Positions 11,960 to 25,362 of a stretch of DNA of 64,000 nt are shown here, one piece after another; position 1 is the stretch's first letter, and each line of letters begins with the position of its first letter. Origin of the DNA: Eledone cirrhosa. Taxonomy: Eukaryota. A program made the position numbers and the translations under genes. The notes beneath the pieces are model-generated. The model ran no database searches and was not told the DNA's origin. It saw nothing but the letters and a program-made list of their open reading frames with translations. The stretch is taken from positions 30,814,001-30,878,000 of the forward strand of contig OZ024757.1 in the NCBI GenBank assembly GCA_964016885.1, written 5' to 3'.

Positions 11960-12089
11960 GCATTTATATATATGTATATATATATATATAAACACACATA
12001 CAAACACACACCACACACATATTTATATGCATATCTCTCTCCCTCCCTCCAACTCTCTCTCCCCCCCTCTCTCTCTTTATATATATGCA

Positions 12090-12128
<39 letters not shown>

Positions 12129-12637
12129 GCATTTATATATATGTATATATATATATATATAAACACACATACAAACACACACCACACACATATTTATATG
12201 CATATCTCTCTCCCTCTTTCTCCCTCCCTCCAACTCTCTCTCCCCCCTCTCTCTCTTTATATATATGCATTTCTCTCTCTCTCTCTCTCGCTCTCTCTCT
12301 CTATATATATATATATATATGCATTTATATATATATATATATATATATATAAACACACATACAAACACACACCACACACACATATTTAGATATCTATACT
12401 AACACTCTATAGCGCTGTATATACACACACACACCACACACACCACACACACACACCACATATTTATATATCTATACTAACAGTCTATAGCCTTGTATAT
12501 ATACACTCACTCACACACACATATATAGAGGAAATTATGAAAAACTGAAATCTCTAATCATTGATTTCGATGTAGACTTGACATCTCCCTTTCCTTTCGT
12601 CTTCTATTTAGTACAGAATGTTTTTCATCATAATGTA

Positions 12638-12679
<42 letters not shown>

Positions 12680-12767
12680 CACACAAATAAATGTGTATAT
12701 ACAGGTATATTTGCAATTATAATCAGGTGTTTACAGTAAGATCAATGTAACACAGTATTTGAGGTTG

Positions 12768-12799
<32 letters not shown>

Positions 12800-12828
12800 C
12801 ATATACATATATGTATATGTATGTATAT

Positions 12829-12870
<42 letters not shown>

Positions 12871-12913
12871 ATGTATATTAAATATCCCTTCTACTTATAT
12901 ATATATATACATG

Positions 12914-12946
<33 letters not shown>

Positions 12947-13148
12947 GTATATATATATATGTATATATATATATGTATATATATATATATGTATATATAT
13001 ATATGTATATATATATATATGTATATACGTATATAAATATATATGTATATATGTATATATATATATATTTATATATGTATGTATATATGTATATACATAT
13101 GTATACATATATGTATATATATGTATATACACATTTATATATATACAC

Positions 13149-13179
<31 letters not shown>

Positions 13180-13302
13180 AATGTGTGTATATATATATAT
13201 ATGCATATATATGTGTATATATATATATATATGCATATATGTATGTATATATATATATACATACATATATGCATATATATATATATATACACATATATAT
13301 GC

Positions 13303-13333
<31 letters not shown>

Positions 13334-13358
13334 CATATGTGTATATATATATGTATGT

Positions 13359-13413
<55 letters not shown>

Positions 13414-13704
13414 CACATAAATATATATTCTGTGTATATGTATTGTGTATATATATATAATATTTTCATGTGTGTACACAAACACATACACACTTATATA
13501 CACACACACACATGCTCACACACACACACATGCTCTCTCACACACACACACACATGCTCTCACACACACACACACACACCTACACACAGACACACAAGCC
13601 GATGCTATGCTGTTTTTTTTCTCAAGTCAATTGTTAGCTGTAAGTGTTAGAACTGGAAATTGGATGTTAGCTTTACTGTCTATTGCTGTTTTGGTGAGAG
13701 AGTA

Positions 13705-14320
13705 ATGATGGTAGTGGTGTGATGGTGGTGGTGTGGTGGTAGTGTGATGGTGGTGGTAGTGAGGTGGTGGTGTAGAGGTGGTGGTAGTGGTGTGGTGTTG
13801 GTGGTGTGGTGTTGGTGGTGGTGTCGTGGAGGTGGTGACTGGTGTGGTGGTGTTGTGGTGGTGGTGTGTTGGTCGTGGTGTGGTGTTGGTGGTGGTGTAG
13901 TGATGGTGGTGTGGCGGTAATGTGGTGGTAGTGTGGTGGTGGTGGTGGTGTGGTGGTAGTGGTGTGGTTATGGTGGTGTGGTGGTAGTGTGATGGTGGTG
14001 GTAGTGTGGTGGTGGTGTAGGGATGGTGGTGTGGTGGTAGTGTGATGGTGGTGGTAGTGTGATGGTGGTGGTGGTGTAGAGGTGGTGGTGTGGTGGTCGT
14101 GGTAGTGTGATGGTGGTGTAGTGATGGTGGTGTGGTGGTAGTGTGATGGTCGTGGTAGTGTGGTGGTGGTGGTGGTGTAGAGGTGGTGGTCGTGGTGTGG
14201 TGTTGGTGGTGTGATGTTGGTGGTGGTGTGGTGTTGGTGGTGGTGGTGTCGTGGAGGTGGTGACTGGTGTGGTGATGGTGTGGTGGTGGTTGTGTAGATA
14301 TGTTTTTGGTGGTGGTGGTG
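13705..14320. repeat. (GGT)n low-complexity tract
   Basis: Visible. Confidence 0.9.
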
Positions 14321-15106
14321 TCATTGTTGTTGTTTATGATGTTGCTGATGATGATAATATTATTGTTTACGACACTGATATTATTGTAGTTGTTGTTGCA
14401 GTCGTTTCGCCCTTCCTGTCTCTATATCCCCTGTTATGTAACCGGTACATTCTAATATGTGAAGATTTGTAGCTCAGTGGTTAGACAGTTCAGATCAGAT
14501 CCTCTCACACACTCATAACCAAATTTCTAATGAAATATAATATATTAATTAATGACATTAAAATTAATTAAATTGATAAATCAATTAATTAATTAATGAA
14601 AAATTTGTAACGATTTACCAAATTTATTAATTATTTAATATAATTTAAGATGGCATATGTCACATTACATAACATATGACTCTAATATAAAAATTATGTT
14701 AGAAAATTGAAGTTTGGTATAGGAGCTCTTTAAAATGTGTGGCTTTGTTTTATGAAAACAGAAGAGGTTTTGGTTAGGTTTGGTCGGAATGTGTTGGAAT
14801 GTGTTGGTATCAAAAGAGTTAAATTGCTTGATCTCTCATCCATTTTATAGCAAGAAGCCAGAACTAAGCCATACACTCACACTGCCACACACCCACCCCG
14901 TTTTGTTTTATTTTTGCATGCTGTGAACATGTAAACTTAGAAAATATGGAAATAAATATGAAATATATATATATATATACTCACATATATATATCCCTCT
15001 CTCTCTCTCTACACACACACATATATATATATATATACACTCACATATATATATCCCTCTCTCTCTACACACACACATATATATATATCCCTCTCTCTCT
15101 CTCTCT

Positions 15107-15137
<31 letters not shown>

Positions 15138-16214
15138 CACTCACATATATATCCCTCTCTCTCCCTCTACACAAACACACACACACATATATATATATAT
15201 ACACTCACATATATATATATCCCTCTCTCTCTCTACATATATATATATATGAGAGAGATACAGAGAGTAGGAGAGAGCTGAGTTAATTCTGGTTTTACAA
15301 GAGTCTTTGATAAATGTAAAACTTACTATTGATAAATTATATTCCATCTTTCGGTTGATTTAGCTGCTTGAATCTTTATTTTTTATGTCCATATTTAGAA
15401 TTATGAAGTGGAAAATATTGATTCCAGTGTCTTTGATGCTATTTCATTGTTGAATTTCAAACAATCCAGTTAAGCATTTCCAGAATATTTTTCAAAGACA
15501 ACAACGTGATTTTGTACTTAAAAATCTTTGGTATATGGCATATTTCTTGTCATAAATTTACCAAACTTGTCTCAGTAATAACTGCTTCAAGCTTTGGCTC
15601 AAGGCCTGCAATTTGAGTGAATGAAGGGGAAAGTCGATTTCCCGCTCCATACACTCGCACACACACACATGCATGTATCTGTGTGTATATCATGATTCAT
15701 ACACTGTTGACTTTCCTGACATTCGTACATTATTCTATGTACTATACATGCACCTTTGATGAGTTGTAGTGCACCTGAGCACTACACAATAATTTTCATT
15801 ATTATTATTATATATCTACTCTCTCTTCAGTTTATTACTTGTACTCAATTTTATTGATCCTTCACTCTCCCAGAAAGATGAAAGGCAAAGTTGACTGCAG
15901 TGGGGTTTGTACTCAGAATGTAGAAAGTTATAACTAAATACTGCTTTGCAGTATTTAGTTATAATGCTCTATCAATTCATTAGACAAAATGTTTTGTAGT
16001 ATTTAGTTCATCTCAGGAAAGAATCACTGGACAAATTTTATGGGCAAAAACCAACCGGCAGGAGACCCAGGAGTCAGTGTTAGATTTATCATTGTGCCTA
16101 GGTCTGTTTAATCACAGGGCCCTGTTGGCCAGGGAGCGTCCTTCCTGCGAAAAACATTTTATACGATGAATTTTTCAAATGTTTGGGGCCTCTTAATTAA
16201 CACATGGCCTCATT

Positions 16215-16408
16215 TGTCCTAAATCCAGCACTGCCAGGAGTAAACTCCGAGGAAGATGGTTGGATAACATCCATGAGCTTCGCTGGTCTTGCTTGGGGAT
16301 CCAGCCGGATCATTAGGAGATGGTTGCTTCTGACAGGACCCGCTGGAAGGAGTGTTTGAGGACTCTGCCCTCACAACCCTCTTAGGAATAAGTGAGCGAA
16401 GAAGAAGC
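16215..16408 (+). mobile_element. RTE-clade LINE 3' end fragment
   Basis: Translates PRGRWLDNIHEL...ASDRTRWKECLRTLPSQPS; same family as 27337-29835. Confidence 0.75.
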
Positions 16409-16439
16409 TCTACTGATACTGCCAAATGTTAATAGACTA

Positions 16440-16600
16440 TTGTCCAAGGGAAAGGCAAAGGCTGATACAACTTAACACCAGTGACATGACAACAAGTTTC
16501 TACAGCTGAATGAACTGGAGTAATGTGAAATAAATTGTCTTGCTCACGGAAGAAATGCGCCACCCATTCTGGGAATGCAACCCACACCTTTACGATTGTA
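16440..16600 (-). mobile_element. Degraded tRNA/CORE-like SINE
   Basis: Contains TGTGAAATAAATTGTCTTGCTCA and the body shared with the SINEs at 54804-55090. Confidence 0.65.
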
Positions 16601-16754
16601 ACAGAGCTGTCTGCAAGAATCAAACCACACATCTGCTGGCAACCAGACAACTTCACGAAGCCAGACCAAACACATTAAGAACATTTTCATGAGGCTGATT
16701 TTTTTTTATCATAGTAAAATTCATAGGATTTGTTGAATTGGTTTTTGAGAGATT

Positions 16755-17915
16755 TTAACCCTTTAGCATTTACATTACTCTATATTTACTATTGGATTTT
16801 CACAGTAAACACTTTATTTCTCATAATTATCTCACATAATATGGAATCTACTAGATTTTGATATGATTTTGAGAACAATATCTTAACATAAGTATGAGCA
16901 GCCTGTTGTGGCAGGTTTGAACAGAAAGAGGAGATAATTCTGTCTGGATACGGCCAATTCAACCCTTTAGCATTTAAACCGGCTGTATCCGGCCAGAATT
17001 ATCTCATCTCTTTCTGTTCAAACTGGCCATAACTAGCTGCTCATAGTAATGTTAAGGTATTGTTCTCAAAATGAATAATATCAAAATCTCATAGATTCAA
17101 TGCTATGTGAGATAATTATGAGAGATAAAGACTTTACGACAAAAATACAATAGTATATATAATGTAAATGCTAAAGGGTTAAACCAGCAATATCAGGCCA
17201 GAATTCTTTCACCTCTTTCTGTTCAAACCAGCTGTAAATGGCTGCTCATATTGATATTAAGGTATTGTTCTTAAAATAAATAACATCAAAATCTCGTAGA
17301 TTTGATATTACGCAAGATAATTATGTAAGATAAAACCTTTACCACAAAAATACAATAGTATATATAATTTAAATGCTGGAGAGTTGAAGAGTTCTTGTTA
17401 AAATTAAAATCTTAAAATAAATCTTTATAATTTTATTTAAGAATCTTACGTTAACCTTTTAGCATTTAAACCGGCCATATCCGGCCAGAATTCTTCACCT
17501 CTTTCTATTCAAACCGGTTGTAACTAGCCACTTATACTGATGTTAAGGTATTGTTCTCAAAATAAATAATATCAAAATCTCATAGATTCGATATTATGTG
17601 AGATAATTATGTGACATAAAGCCTTTACTGTGAAAATACAATAGTATAAAGGATCGATCGACTTTTGTCAAATCGGACCGAGGAAACAATGTTTTCGTCG
17701 GTCTTTCCAGTTGCTAATACTATCTATCGGTCGCAACTCCAGGTAGAAGGAGCAACGTGAAATAAAGTGTCTTGCTCAAGGACATAACGCATCGCCCGGT
17801 CCAGGAATCGAACTCACAATCTCAAGATTGTGAATCCAAACCTCTAACCACTCAGCCACACACCTTCACTATATACAATAGTATATAGAGAGTTATATGA
17901 CTGCTAAAGGGTTAA
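16755..17915. mobile_element. Cluster of four piggyBac-type MITEs of about 215 bp
   Basis: TTAA-CCCTTTAGCATTT...AAATGCTAAAGGG-TTAA termini; copies at about 16755-16960, 16962-17182, 17183-17390 and 17451-17915. Confidence 0.75.
17649..17872 (-). mobile_element. tRNA-derived SINE inserted in a MITE, with a 13-bp TSD
   Basis: ATACAATAGTATA at 17636-17648 and 17873-17885; A box TGGCTGAGTGG and B box GTTCGATTCC on the minus strand. Confidence 0.85.
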
Positions 17916-18319
17916 GTTACTATCTTAGTAATGAAATAATTATTTTAGTAAATCCCTCCAAACTTGTTATTAATCCTTTTAAAAGAAATCCAGCCAAAAC
18001 AAGCTTTGGTTTTATGAAACAGAATTATCCATTTTAAAGGGTTTCTATTTAAATCAAAATCTTCCAACATAATTTTGTGTAAGAACCATATGTTAAGTTA
18101 CTATCTTAGTAATGAAATAATTATTTTAGTAAATCTCTCCAAACGTGTCATTAATCCTTTTAAAAGAAATCCAGCCAAAACAAGCTCTGGTTTTATGAAA
18201 CAGAATTATCCATTTTAAAGGGTTTCTATTTAAATCAAAATCTTCCAACATAATTTTGTGTAAGAACCATATGTTAAGTTACTATCTTAGTAATGAAATA
18301 ATTATTTTAGTAAATCCCT
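17912..18319. repeat. 181-bp tandem duplication (about 2.25 copies)
   Basis: Unit starts at 17912, 18093 and 18274. Confidence 0.9.
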
Positions 18320-18353
18320 TAATTATTCATCAGGGTTAAACAGTTAAACTTAC

Positions 18354-18587
18354 CTCCATCAAGGTAATCACTGGTATGAAGATGGGTGGAGGCCAGCAAC
18401 TATAGCGATCAGCATAGTACTGCCTGTCGAGCTCATCTGTTAGAAACTCCTTGGCAATCTTGCGTACCATTCTCCTGAAGCGAGAGTCCTTCCTACTTTG
18501 TAGGTAAACAAAGTTGTCACTCCAGCCATCCACAGCTTCACGACTCTGTACAGCTAGTCGGAAGCTTGGATTCCTTTTGTTGCTCAT
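18354..18587 (-). CDS. RHBDL3: Coding exon (78 codons, phase 0/0, probably internal) of a rhomboid-related intramembrane serine protease, RHBDL3/RHBDL1-like
   Basis: Translates MSNKRNPSFRLAVQ...RRMVRKIAKEFLTDELDRQYYADRYSCWPPPIFIPVITLME. This closely parallels vertebrate RHBDL3 as I recall it (MSNKRSNSFRQAI...DRKWYYDSYTCCPPPWFMITVTLLE), the linker after the EF-hand region plus the start of TM1. Flanked by a pyrimidine tract+CAG acceptor (18588-18590) and a GTAAGT donor (18348-18353). Exact orthology not tested. Confidence 0.9.
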
Positions 18588-18590
18588 CTG

Positions 18591-19637
18591 AAGAAGAAGA
18601 AGAAGAAATGAAGGAAAAGGTGAAAGAGGTGAAGGTGATGGAGGAGAAGAAGGTGGTAAAGAAGGAGGAGAATGTGGCGATGGTGGTGAAGGAGAAAGAG
18701 AATGTGGAGATGGTGAAGGAAGAGGTGGAGGAGGAGGTGGAGATGTTGAAGAAGGAGAAGGTGGTGGTGAAGGAGGTGGAGATGGTGAAGGAGGAGGTGA
18801 AGCAGAAGGTGGTGGTGAAGGAGGTGGAGATGGTGAAGGAGAAGGTGAAGAAGGAGAAGGTGGTGGTGAAGGAGGTGGAGATGGCGAAGGAGGAGGTGAA
18901 GCAGAAGGTGGTGGTGAAGAAGGTGGTGAAGGAGGTGGAGATGGCGAAGAAGGAGGTGAAGGAGAAGGTGGTGGTGAAGGAGGTGGAGATGGCGAAGGAG
19001 AAGGTGAAGGAGAAGGTGGTGGTGAAGGAGGTGGAGATGGCGAAGGAGGAGGTGAAGGAGAAGGTGGTGGTGAAGGAGGTGGAGATGGCGAAGAAGGAGG
19101 TGAAGGAGAAGATGGTGGTGAAGGAGGTGGAGATGGCGAAGGAGGAGGTGAAGGAGAAGGTGGTGGTGAAGGAGGTGGAGATGGCGAAGGAGAAGGTGAA
19201 GGAGAAGGTGGTGGTGAAGGAGGTGGAGATGGCGAAGGAGGAGGTGAAGGAGAAGGTGGTGGTGAAGGAGGTGGAGATGGCGAAGAAGGAGGTGAAGGAG
19301 AAGATGGTGGTGAAGGAGGTGGAGATGGCGAAGGAGAAGGAGAAGGTGTGGTGAAGGAGGTGGAGATGGCGAAGGAGGAGGTGAAGGAGAAGGTGGTGGT
19401 GAAGGAGGTGGAGATGGTGAAGGAGAAGGTGAAGGAGAAGGTGGTGGTGAAGGAGGTGGAGATGGCGAAGGAGAAGGTGAAGGAGAAGGTGGTGGTGAAG
19501 GAGGTGGAGATGGCGAAGGAGGAGGTGAAGGAGAAGGTGGTGGTGAAGGAGGTGGAGATGGCGAAGGAGGAGGTGAAGGAGAAGGTGGTGGAGAAGGAAG
19601 AGTTGAAGGAGAAGGTGAAGAAGAAAGAGAAGAAGAA
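18591..19637. repeat. Purine-rich GAAGGAGGTG minisatellite, forming a pyrimidine tract of about 1 kb on the gene strand
   Basis: Directly abuts the rhomboid exon acceptor. Confidence 0.9.
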
Positions 19638-20404
19638 ACTGTTATTACCATGACTATAACAATAGTTGCTGTAACAGCAATAACAACAACAACAGCAATA
19701 ACAACAACAATAATTATAACAACAACAACAGCAATAACAACAGCAATAACAACAACAACAGCAATAACAACAATAATTATAACAACAACAACAGCAATAA
19801 CAACAGCAATAACAACAACAACAGCAATAACAACAATAATTATAAATATGCCAGCTACATTAACACAACTGCCACAACAACTACGATAACAACAACAATA
19901 ACAACAGTATAAACTACAACAACAACAGCTACAACTACAACAGCTACAACAACTACAACAACAACAGCAGCTACAACTACAATAACAATAACAACAGTAT
20001 AAACTACACACCACCAACAACAACTACTACAACAACAGCTACAACTACAACAACAACTACAATAACAACAACAATGACAACAACAGCTACAACAACAACT
20101 ACAATGACAACAGCAGCTACAACAACTACAACAACAACAATAACTACAACAACAACAACTTATAAGGAAATATAATATAACAAACACTAACAGTGTAAAC
20201 AGGAAAAACAAACAGATGGAGGAATGTTGGTGGTGGTGGTGGTGGTGGTGGTATGTGTGTGTAAGGTGGTGGAGGAGTGTGGTGGTGGTTGGGGTGGAGG
20301 GTGGAGGGTTGGGTGGGTGCTTGGCTATGTTGGGTGGATGGGTGGGGGAGGTGTTGGCCGATTGGCTAGATGAATTTATGGATGGTTGTGTGTGTAAGAA
20401 GGGG

Positions 20405-21240
20405 AATGGTTGGTCAGATGGATGGTTAGATGGTTGGGTGGCTGGGTGGTTGGTCAGATGGATGTTTAGATGGTTGGGTGGCTGGGTGGTTGGTCAGATG
20501 GATGGTTAGATGGTTGGGTGGCTGGGTGGTTGGGTGGTTGGTCAGATGGATGGTTGGATGGTTGGGTGGTTGGGTGGTTGGTCAGATGGATGGTTAGATG
20601 GTTGGGTGGTTGGGTGGTTGGTCAGATGGATGGTTGGATGGTTGGGTGGCTGGGTGGTTGGGTGGTTGGTCAGATGGATGGTTGGATGGTTGGGTGGCTG
20701 GGTGATTGGTCAGATGGATGGTTGGATGGTTGGGTGGCTGGGTGGTTGGGTGGTTGGTCAGATGGATGGTTGGATGGTTGGGTGGCTGGGTGGCTGGGTG
20801 GTTGGTCAGATGGATGGTTGGATGGTTGGGTGGCTGGTTGGTCGGGTGGTTGGTCAGATGGATGGTTGGATGGTTGGGTGGCTGGGTGGTTGGGTGGTTG
20901 GTCAGATGGATGGTTAGATGGTTGGGTGGCTGGGTGGTTGGTCAGATGGATGGTTGGATGGTTGGGTGGCTGGGTGGTTGGGTGCTTGGTCAGATGGATG
21001 GTTAGATGGTTGGGTGGCTGGGTGGTTGGTCAGATGGATGGTTGGATGGTTGGGTGGCTGGGTGGTTGGGTGGTTGGTAAGATGGATGGTTGGATGGTTG
21101 GGTGGCTGGGTGGTTGGGTGGTTGGTAAGATGGATGGTTGGATGGTTGGGTGGCTGGGTGGTTGGTCAGATGGATGGTTGGATGGTTGGGTGGTTGGTCA
21201 GATGGATGGTTAGATGGTTGGGTGGCTGGGTGGTTGGTCA
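20405..21240. repeat. GGTT/GGAT minisatellite, followed by a SINE tail (21238-21366)
   Basis: Repeating GGTCAGATGGATGGTTGGATGGTTGGGTGGCTGGGTGGTT. Confidence 0.9.
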
Positions 21241-21816
21241 GTTCCTGTATGAGCAAGGCATGGTCAGCCGACCAGACACTGCCCACAACAGGACAACCCG
21301 TCTAACCCATGCTAGCGTGGAAGAACGGACGTAAAACGGTGATGATGATGATGATGATGATGATGATATATATATTTATATATATATATACACACACACA
21401 CACATATGTGTGCATGTCTGTGTGAATAGAAACGCACACACATATATGTATATATGCTTATATACATGTACACACAGACATAAATATATGTTTGCTATTT
21501 AAAACTGATTGAAAAATGTCCTGATTGTAATTTTCTGTAGAACATTGAAAATCAAGAAATACAGTTAATTGTCTGGAAACTGGAAATTACTATAGCTATT
21601 CTTCCTATTGGAAATGTTTATAGCTATATATATATATATATATATATATTTGTATTTGTATATGTATATATATAGTAATAAGAATATTTATATTTATATA
21701 TGTTTGATACAACTATAAAGATGGAGGGTAGTACAAAGTACTAGCTGGTTACCTCTGGAAGAAACAATTGCCAGCAAATAAATGTTCTAAACTAAAATTT
21801 GATCGATTTAACACTT

Positions 21817-21854
<38 letters not shown>

Positions 21855-22040
21855 GATGATGATGATGATGATGGCTATGTCTGTGTGTATACGTGTATAT
21901 ATATATATATATATATGTCTGTCTGTATATATATGTATGTATGTGTGTGTGTATACACATATATATATATATGTCTGTCTGTATATATATGTATATATAT
22001 GTCTGTCTGTATATATATGTATGTGTGTGTATATACACAT

Positions 22041-22345
22041 ATCATCATCATCATCATCATCAACGTTTAACGTCCGTGTTCCACGCTTGCATGGGTTTGG
22101 ACGGGGGTAGTCCCACTTGAGGCAAGAGTGATTGTCTTGCTCGCATAGGACTGTCTGGCAGGTTTTCTACAGTTGGATGCCCTTCCTAACACCAACCACA
22201 TTTACAGTGTGGGTCTGGGAGGTTTTTACCGTGTTGCCTACACGGCCACATTACAGCGTGGACTGTGTGTTTTTTTGTCATGACACCTACACGATCTCAT
22301 TTGTTTCGGCCTGGATGGCGCGGCACCAACATAACTTTACATAGA
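22041..22345 (-). mobile_element. Single-unit copy of the 10372-11447 element
   Basis: High identity to the flanks and to one unit of the 111-bp array. Confidence 0.85.
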
Positions 22346-22575
22346 ACGGGGTGGTGTGGATGGGGTGGGGGTGGTGGTGGTGGGATGGGGTGTAGGGGTG
22401 TGTGTGTGTGTGTATATATATATGTCTGTCTGTATATATATGTATGTGTGTGTGTATACATGTATATATATATGTATAAATGTTTGCGTATATATGTGTG
22501 TGTGTATATATGTATGTGTGTGTATGTATATATATGTATATATATGTTTGTGTATATATGTGTCTACAGTTATTT

Positions 22576-23095
22576 CATCATCATCATCTTCGTTAGCAGG
22601 GGTTAGACGAGAGTTGTCCTTCTTGAGTCAAGGTTGGTCGGTTGACCGTGTCTCGCTCATATAGGACTATCTCGCAGGTTTTCTACGGCTGGATGCCCTT
22701 CCTAACACCAACCTCATTTACAGTGTGGAACTGGGAACTTTTTACTGTGTTACTTACACGGCCACATTACAGCGTGGACAGTGGGTGTTTTTTGTCGTGA
22801 CGCCTACACGATCTCGATCTCATTATCTCATTTATTTGGACTGGATGTTGTGGTACCAACTTTACAGAGAGAGGGTGGTGTTAGTGGGAGGATAGGGTAG
22901 GGTAGGGTATTGGATTGGGGTGTATATTTGGTTAAGAGGTGCCTACTGACTGTAGGTTTCGCTTTGTACATAGGCAAGGCTGGTCTTCTGTATTACTGCG
23001 TGACATTGTCTTAGAGAGGTGCAAGTGTGTAAGGTCGGAATTTATCAGATCATACCAGGTTTTTCAGGGTCTACCTACTCCGTAACTACCATCAA
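22576..23095 (-). mobile_element. Longer, diverged copy of the same element
   Basis: Shares the GGATGCCCTTCCTAACACCAACC core and the TGCCTACTGACTGTAG segment. Confidence 0.75.
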
Positions 23096-23349
23096 TTTTG
23101 ATCTATATATATATATATATATTTGTATATGTGTGTGAATATAAATATATGTATAAATGTTTGTGTATCTTCCACGATACACACACACTAACATATATAC
23201 ACACACAAACACTCATATGTCTATATATATATATATATATATACACAAACACACACACACATATATATGTATGTATATATATACACACACACAAACAAAC
23301 ATGCGCACACATATGTATATATATGTCTCTCTCTCTCTCTTTATCCCCC

Positions 23350-23387
<38 letters not shown>

Positions 23388-23396
23388 CTATATATA

Positions 23397-23429
<33 letters not shown>

Positions 23430-23485
23430 ATATATATCTATATATATATCTCTCTCTCTATATATATATGTGTGTATATATATAT

Positions 23486-23762
23486 GTGGGACTGGGACTG
23501 GCTTTGTGCAGTGCCTTTGCTCACTATAAAAGCTTCACGGCACAGGCATTGCTTTATATCTGGAGATCTCTCCGCACTTGTCGTCACATGGTACCATGGG
23601 CCCAACACTATGTGTCAATAATTGTCACAAGTGTAGTGTTTGTACCAGAGTTTTCAAGTCGCTGGCTGGACTAAAAAGTCACACTCGTTCAGCGCATCGG
23701 TAGGGGTTCTCCTACATGGATATAAAGTAGTGGTCGTACTCGAAAACGAGTTGGCAGCCACC
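23486..23762 (+). mobile_element. RTE-type LINE 3' end with C-terminal C2H2 zinc finger
   Basis: [24 protein letters not shown] (about 23629-23703), followed by a short UTR with the hairpin CTCGAAAACGAG. Confidence 0.65.
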
Positions 23763-23835
23763 ATATATATATATATATCTATATATATATCTATATCTCT
23801 CTCTCTATATATATATATATATGTGTGTGTATATG

Positions 23836-23917
<82 letters not shown>

Positions 23918-24335
23918 CACAAGCACTTAGTAGTTTTAAATTGCTACACCAATTATCTCTACCAGTAACTAGCTTTATAATTCCTCTTAATTTGCATATA
24001 TGTCCTCCAAAATATATACAAACACACTTATGTATATATACTCAATATATACAAACACATTAATCTATATATACTTAATTTTATAGATTTTCTTAATAAT
24101 TTTGTATATACGTCAATATTTATATCAATGCATTAATTTTAAATTACACTAGCTTTCATCGTTACAAATTTCTGTGTCCAGCAAATATAATATATACTAA
24201 GTAACTCGTATATATATATATGTGTGTGTATATATATATATATATGTGTTTAAGTATATATTTATATATGTGTATATATGTTTATGTTTATATATATATT
24301 TATATATATATATATATGTGTGTATGTATATATGT

Positions 24336-24407
<72 letters not shown>

Positions 24408-24551
24408 ATGTATATATGTGTTTATATATATATGTATATATATATGTGTGTATATATTTATATATGTATATATCTGAGTGTGTATATATATATGTATATA
24501 TACTTATATATATATATATATACACGTGAGTAGGTGTGTGTGTATATATAC

Positions 24552-24609
<58 letters not shown>

Positions 24610-24647
24610 CTAACAAATTGTTTTATCGCTCTAGATGGCTGAATACA

Positions 24648-24809
24648 TTAAATGTAATCTGAGTTTTTCGAATATTAATAGTAATATTCGATTCGTTTGC
24701 AATTATGCAAACAGCTTCTTTAAGCCATGTAAGTAAATGACCCCGTTGGCAGAATTGCAAACGAATCGAATATTATCCTTAATATTTGAAAAACTCAGAT
24801 TACATTTAT
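24648..24809. repeat. Imperfect inverted repeat (about 58-bp arms) between (TA)n tracts
   Basis: TAAATGTAATCTGAGTTTTTC...GAAAAACTCAGATTACATTTA. Confidence 0.75.
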
Positions 24810-24816
24810 CTGTATA

Positions 24817-24882
<66 letters not shown>

Positions 24883-24897
24883 TGTATATATATATAT

Positions 24898-25225
24898 ATC
24901 ATCATCATCATACGTCTACTTTTCCCTGCTTGCAAGGGTGGGACGGGTTCTATTCAGCACAGCATATCTCCACTTGTCACGGTCCTTCGTCACATATCCT
25001 CTGCAGTTGCTGCCCATGTCTCACTACGATGCAGCATCGCGCTCCACACACAGGCTTCATATAACCAGCCTTTCGTATGCAGGGAGAAACCCTTCTTTGT
25101 CAGCAGAAGAAGCAGCTCCCTAAACTTCTTCCAACCCGTCCTTATTCTAGATACTATGGCCTCGGAACACCCCCTCCCATGCTAATCTGATCTCCTAGGT
25201 ACCAGAAGCTATCCACCACTTCTTT
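24898..25225 (-). mobile_element. RTE LINE fragment (RT end, internal deletion, 3' tail)
   Basis: EVVDSFWYLGDQIS...SRIRTGWKKFRELL...LYEACVWSAMLHRSETW, then DRDKWR.. and a (GAT)n tail. Confidence 0.85.
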
Positions 25226-25326
25226 ATATATATATGTATGTAAAAGGTAAACAGAAACAACAACACAATCGGTACAGTATATGAAAGGTATATATTAGGT
25301 TAACGCTAGATATAGCAGGAAGAGGG

Positions 25327-25362
25327 TCTTAACGTTTCGGACGCTAGTCTATCATCAGAAGA
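25327..25362 (-). ncRNA. Minimal hammerhead ribozyme (family E; element about 25234-25403)
   Basis: TCTT-CTGATGA-taGAC tagc GTCc-GAAA-CG-TT-AAGA; ACGU palindromic stem III (dimer type). Confidence 0.7.

Noticed and set aside
18566-19653. KEVE-repeat (neurofilament-like) ORF and the opposite-strand Pro/His/Leu ORF
   Set aside because: Purine minisatellite in the intron flank, frameshifted, and overlapping the real acceptor on the opposite strand.
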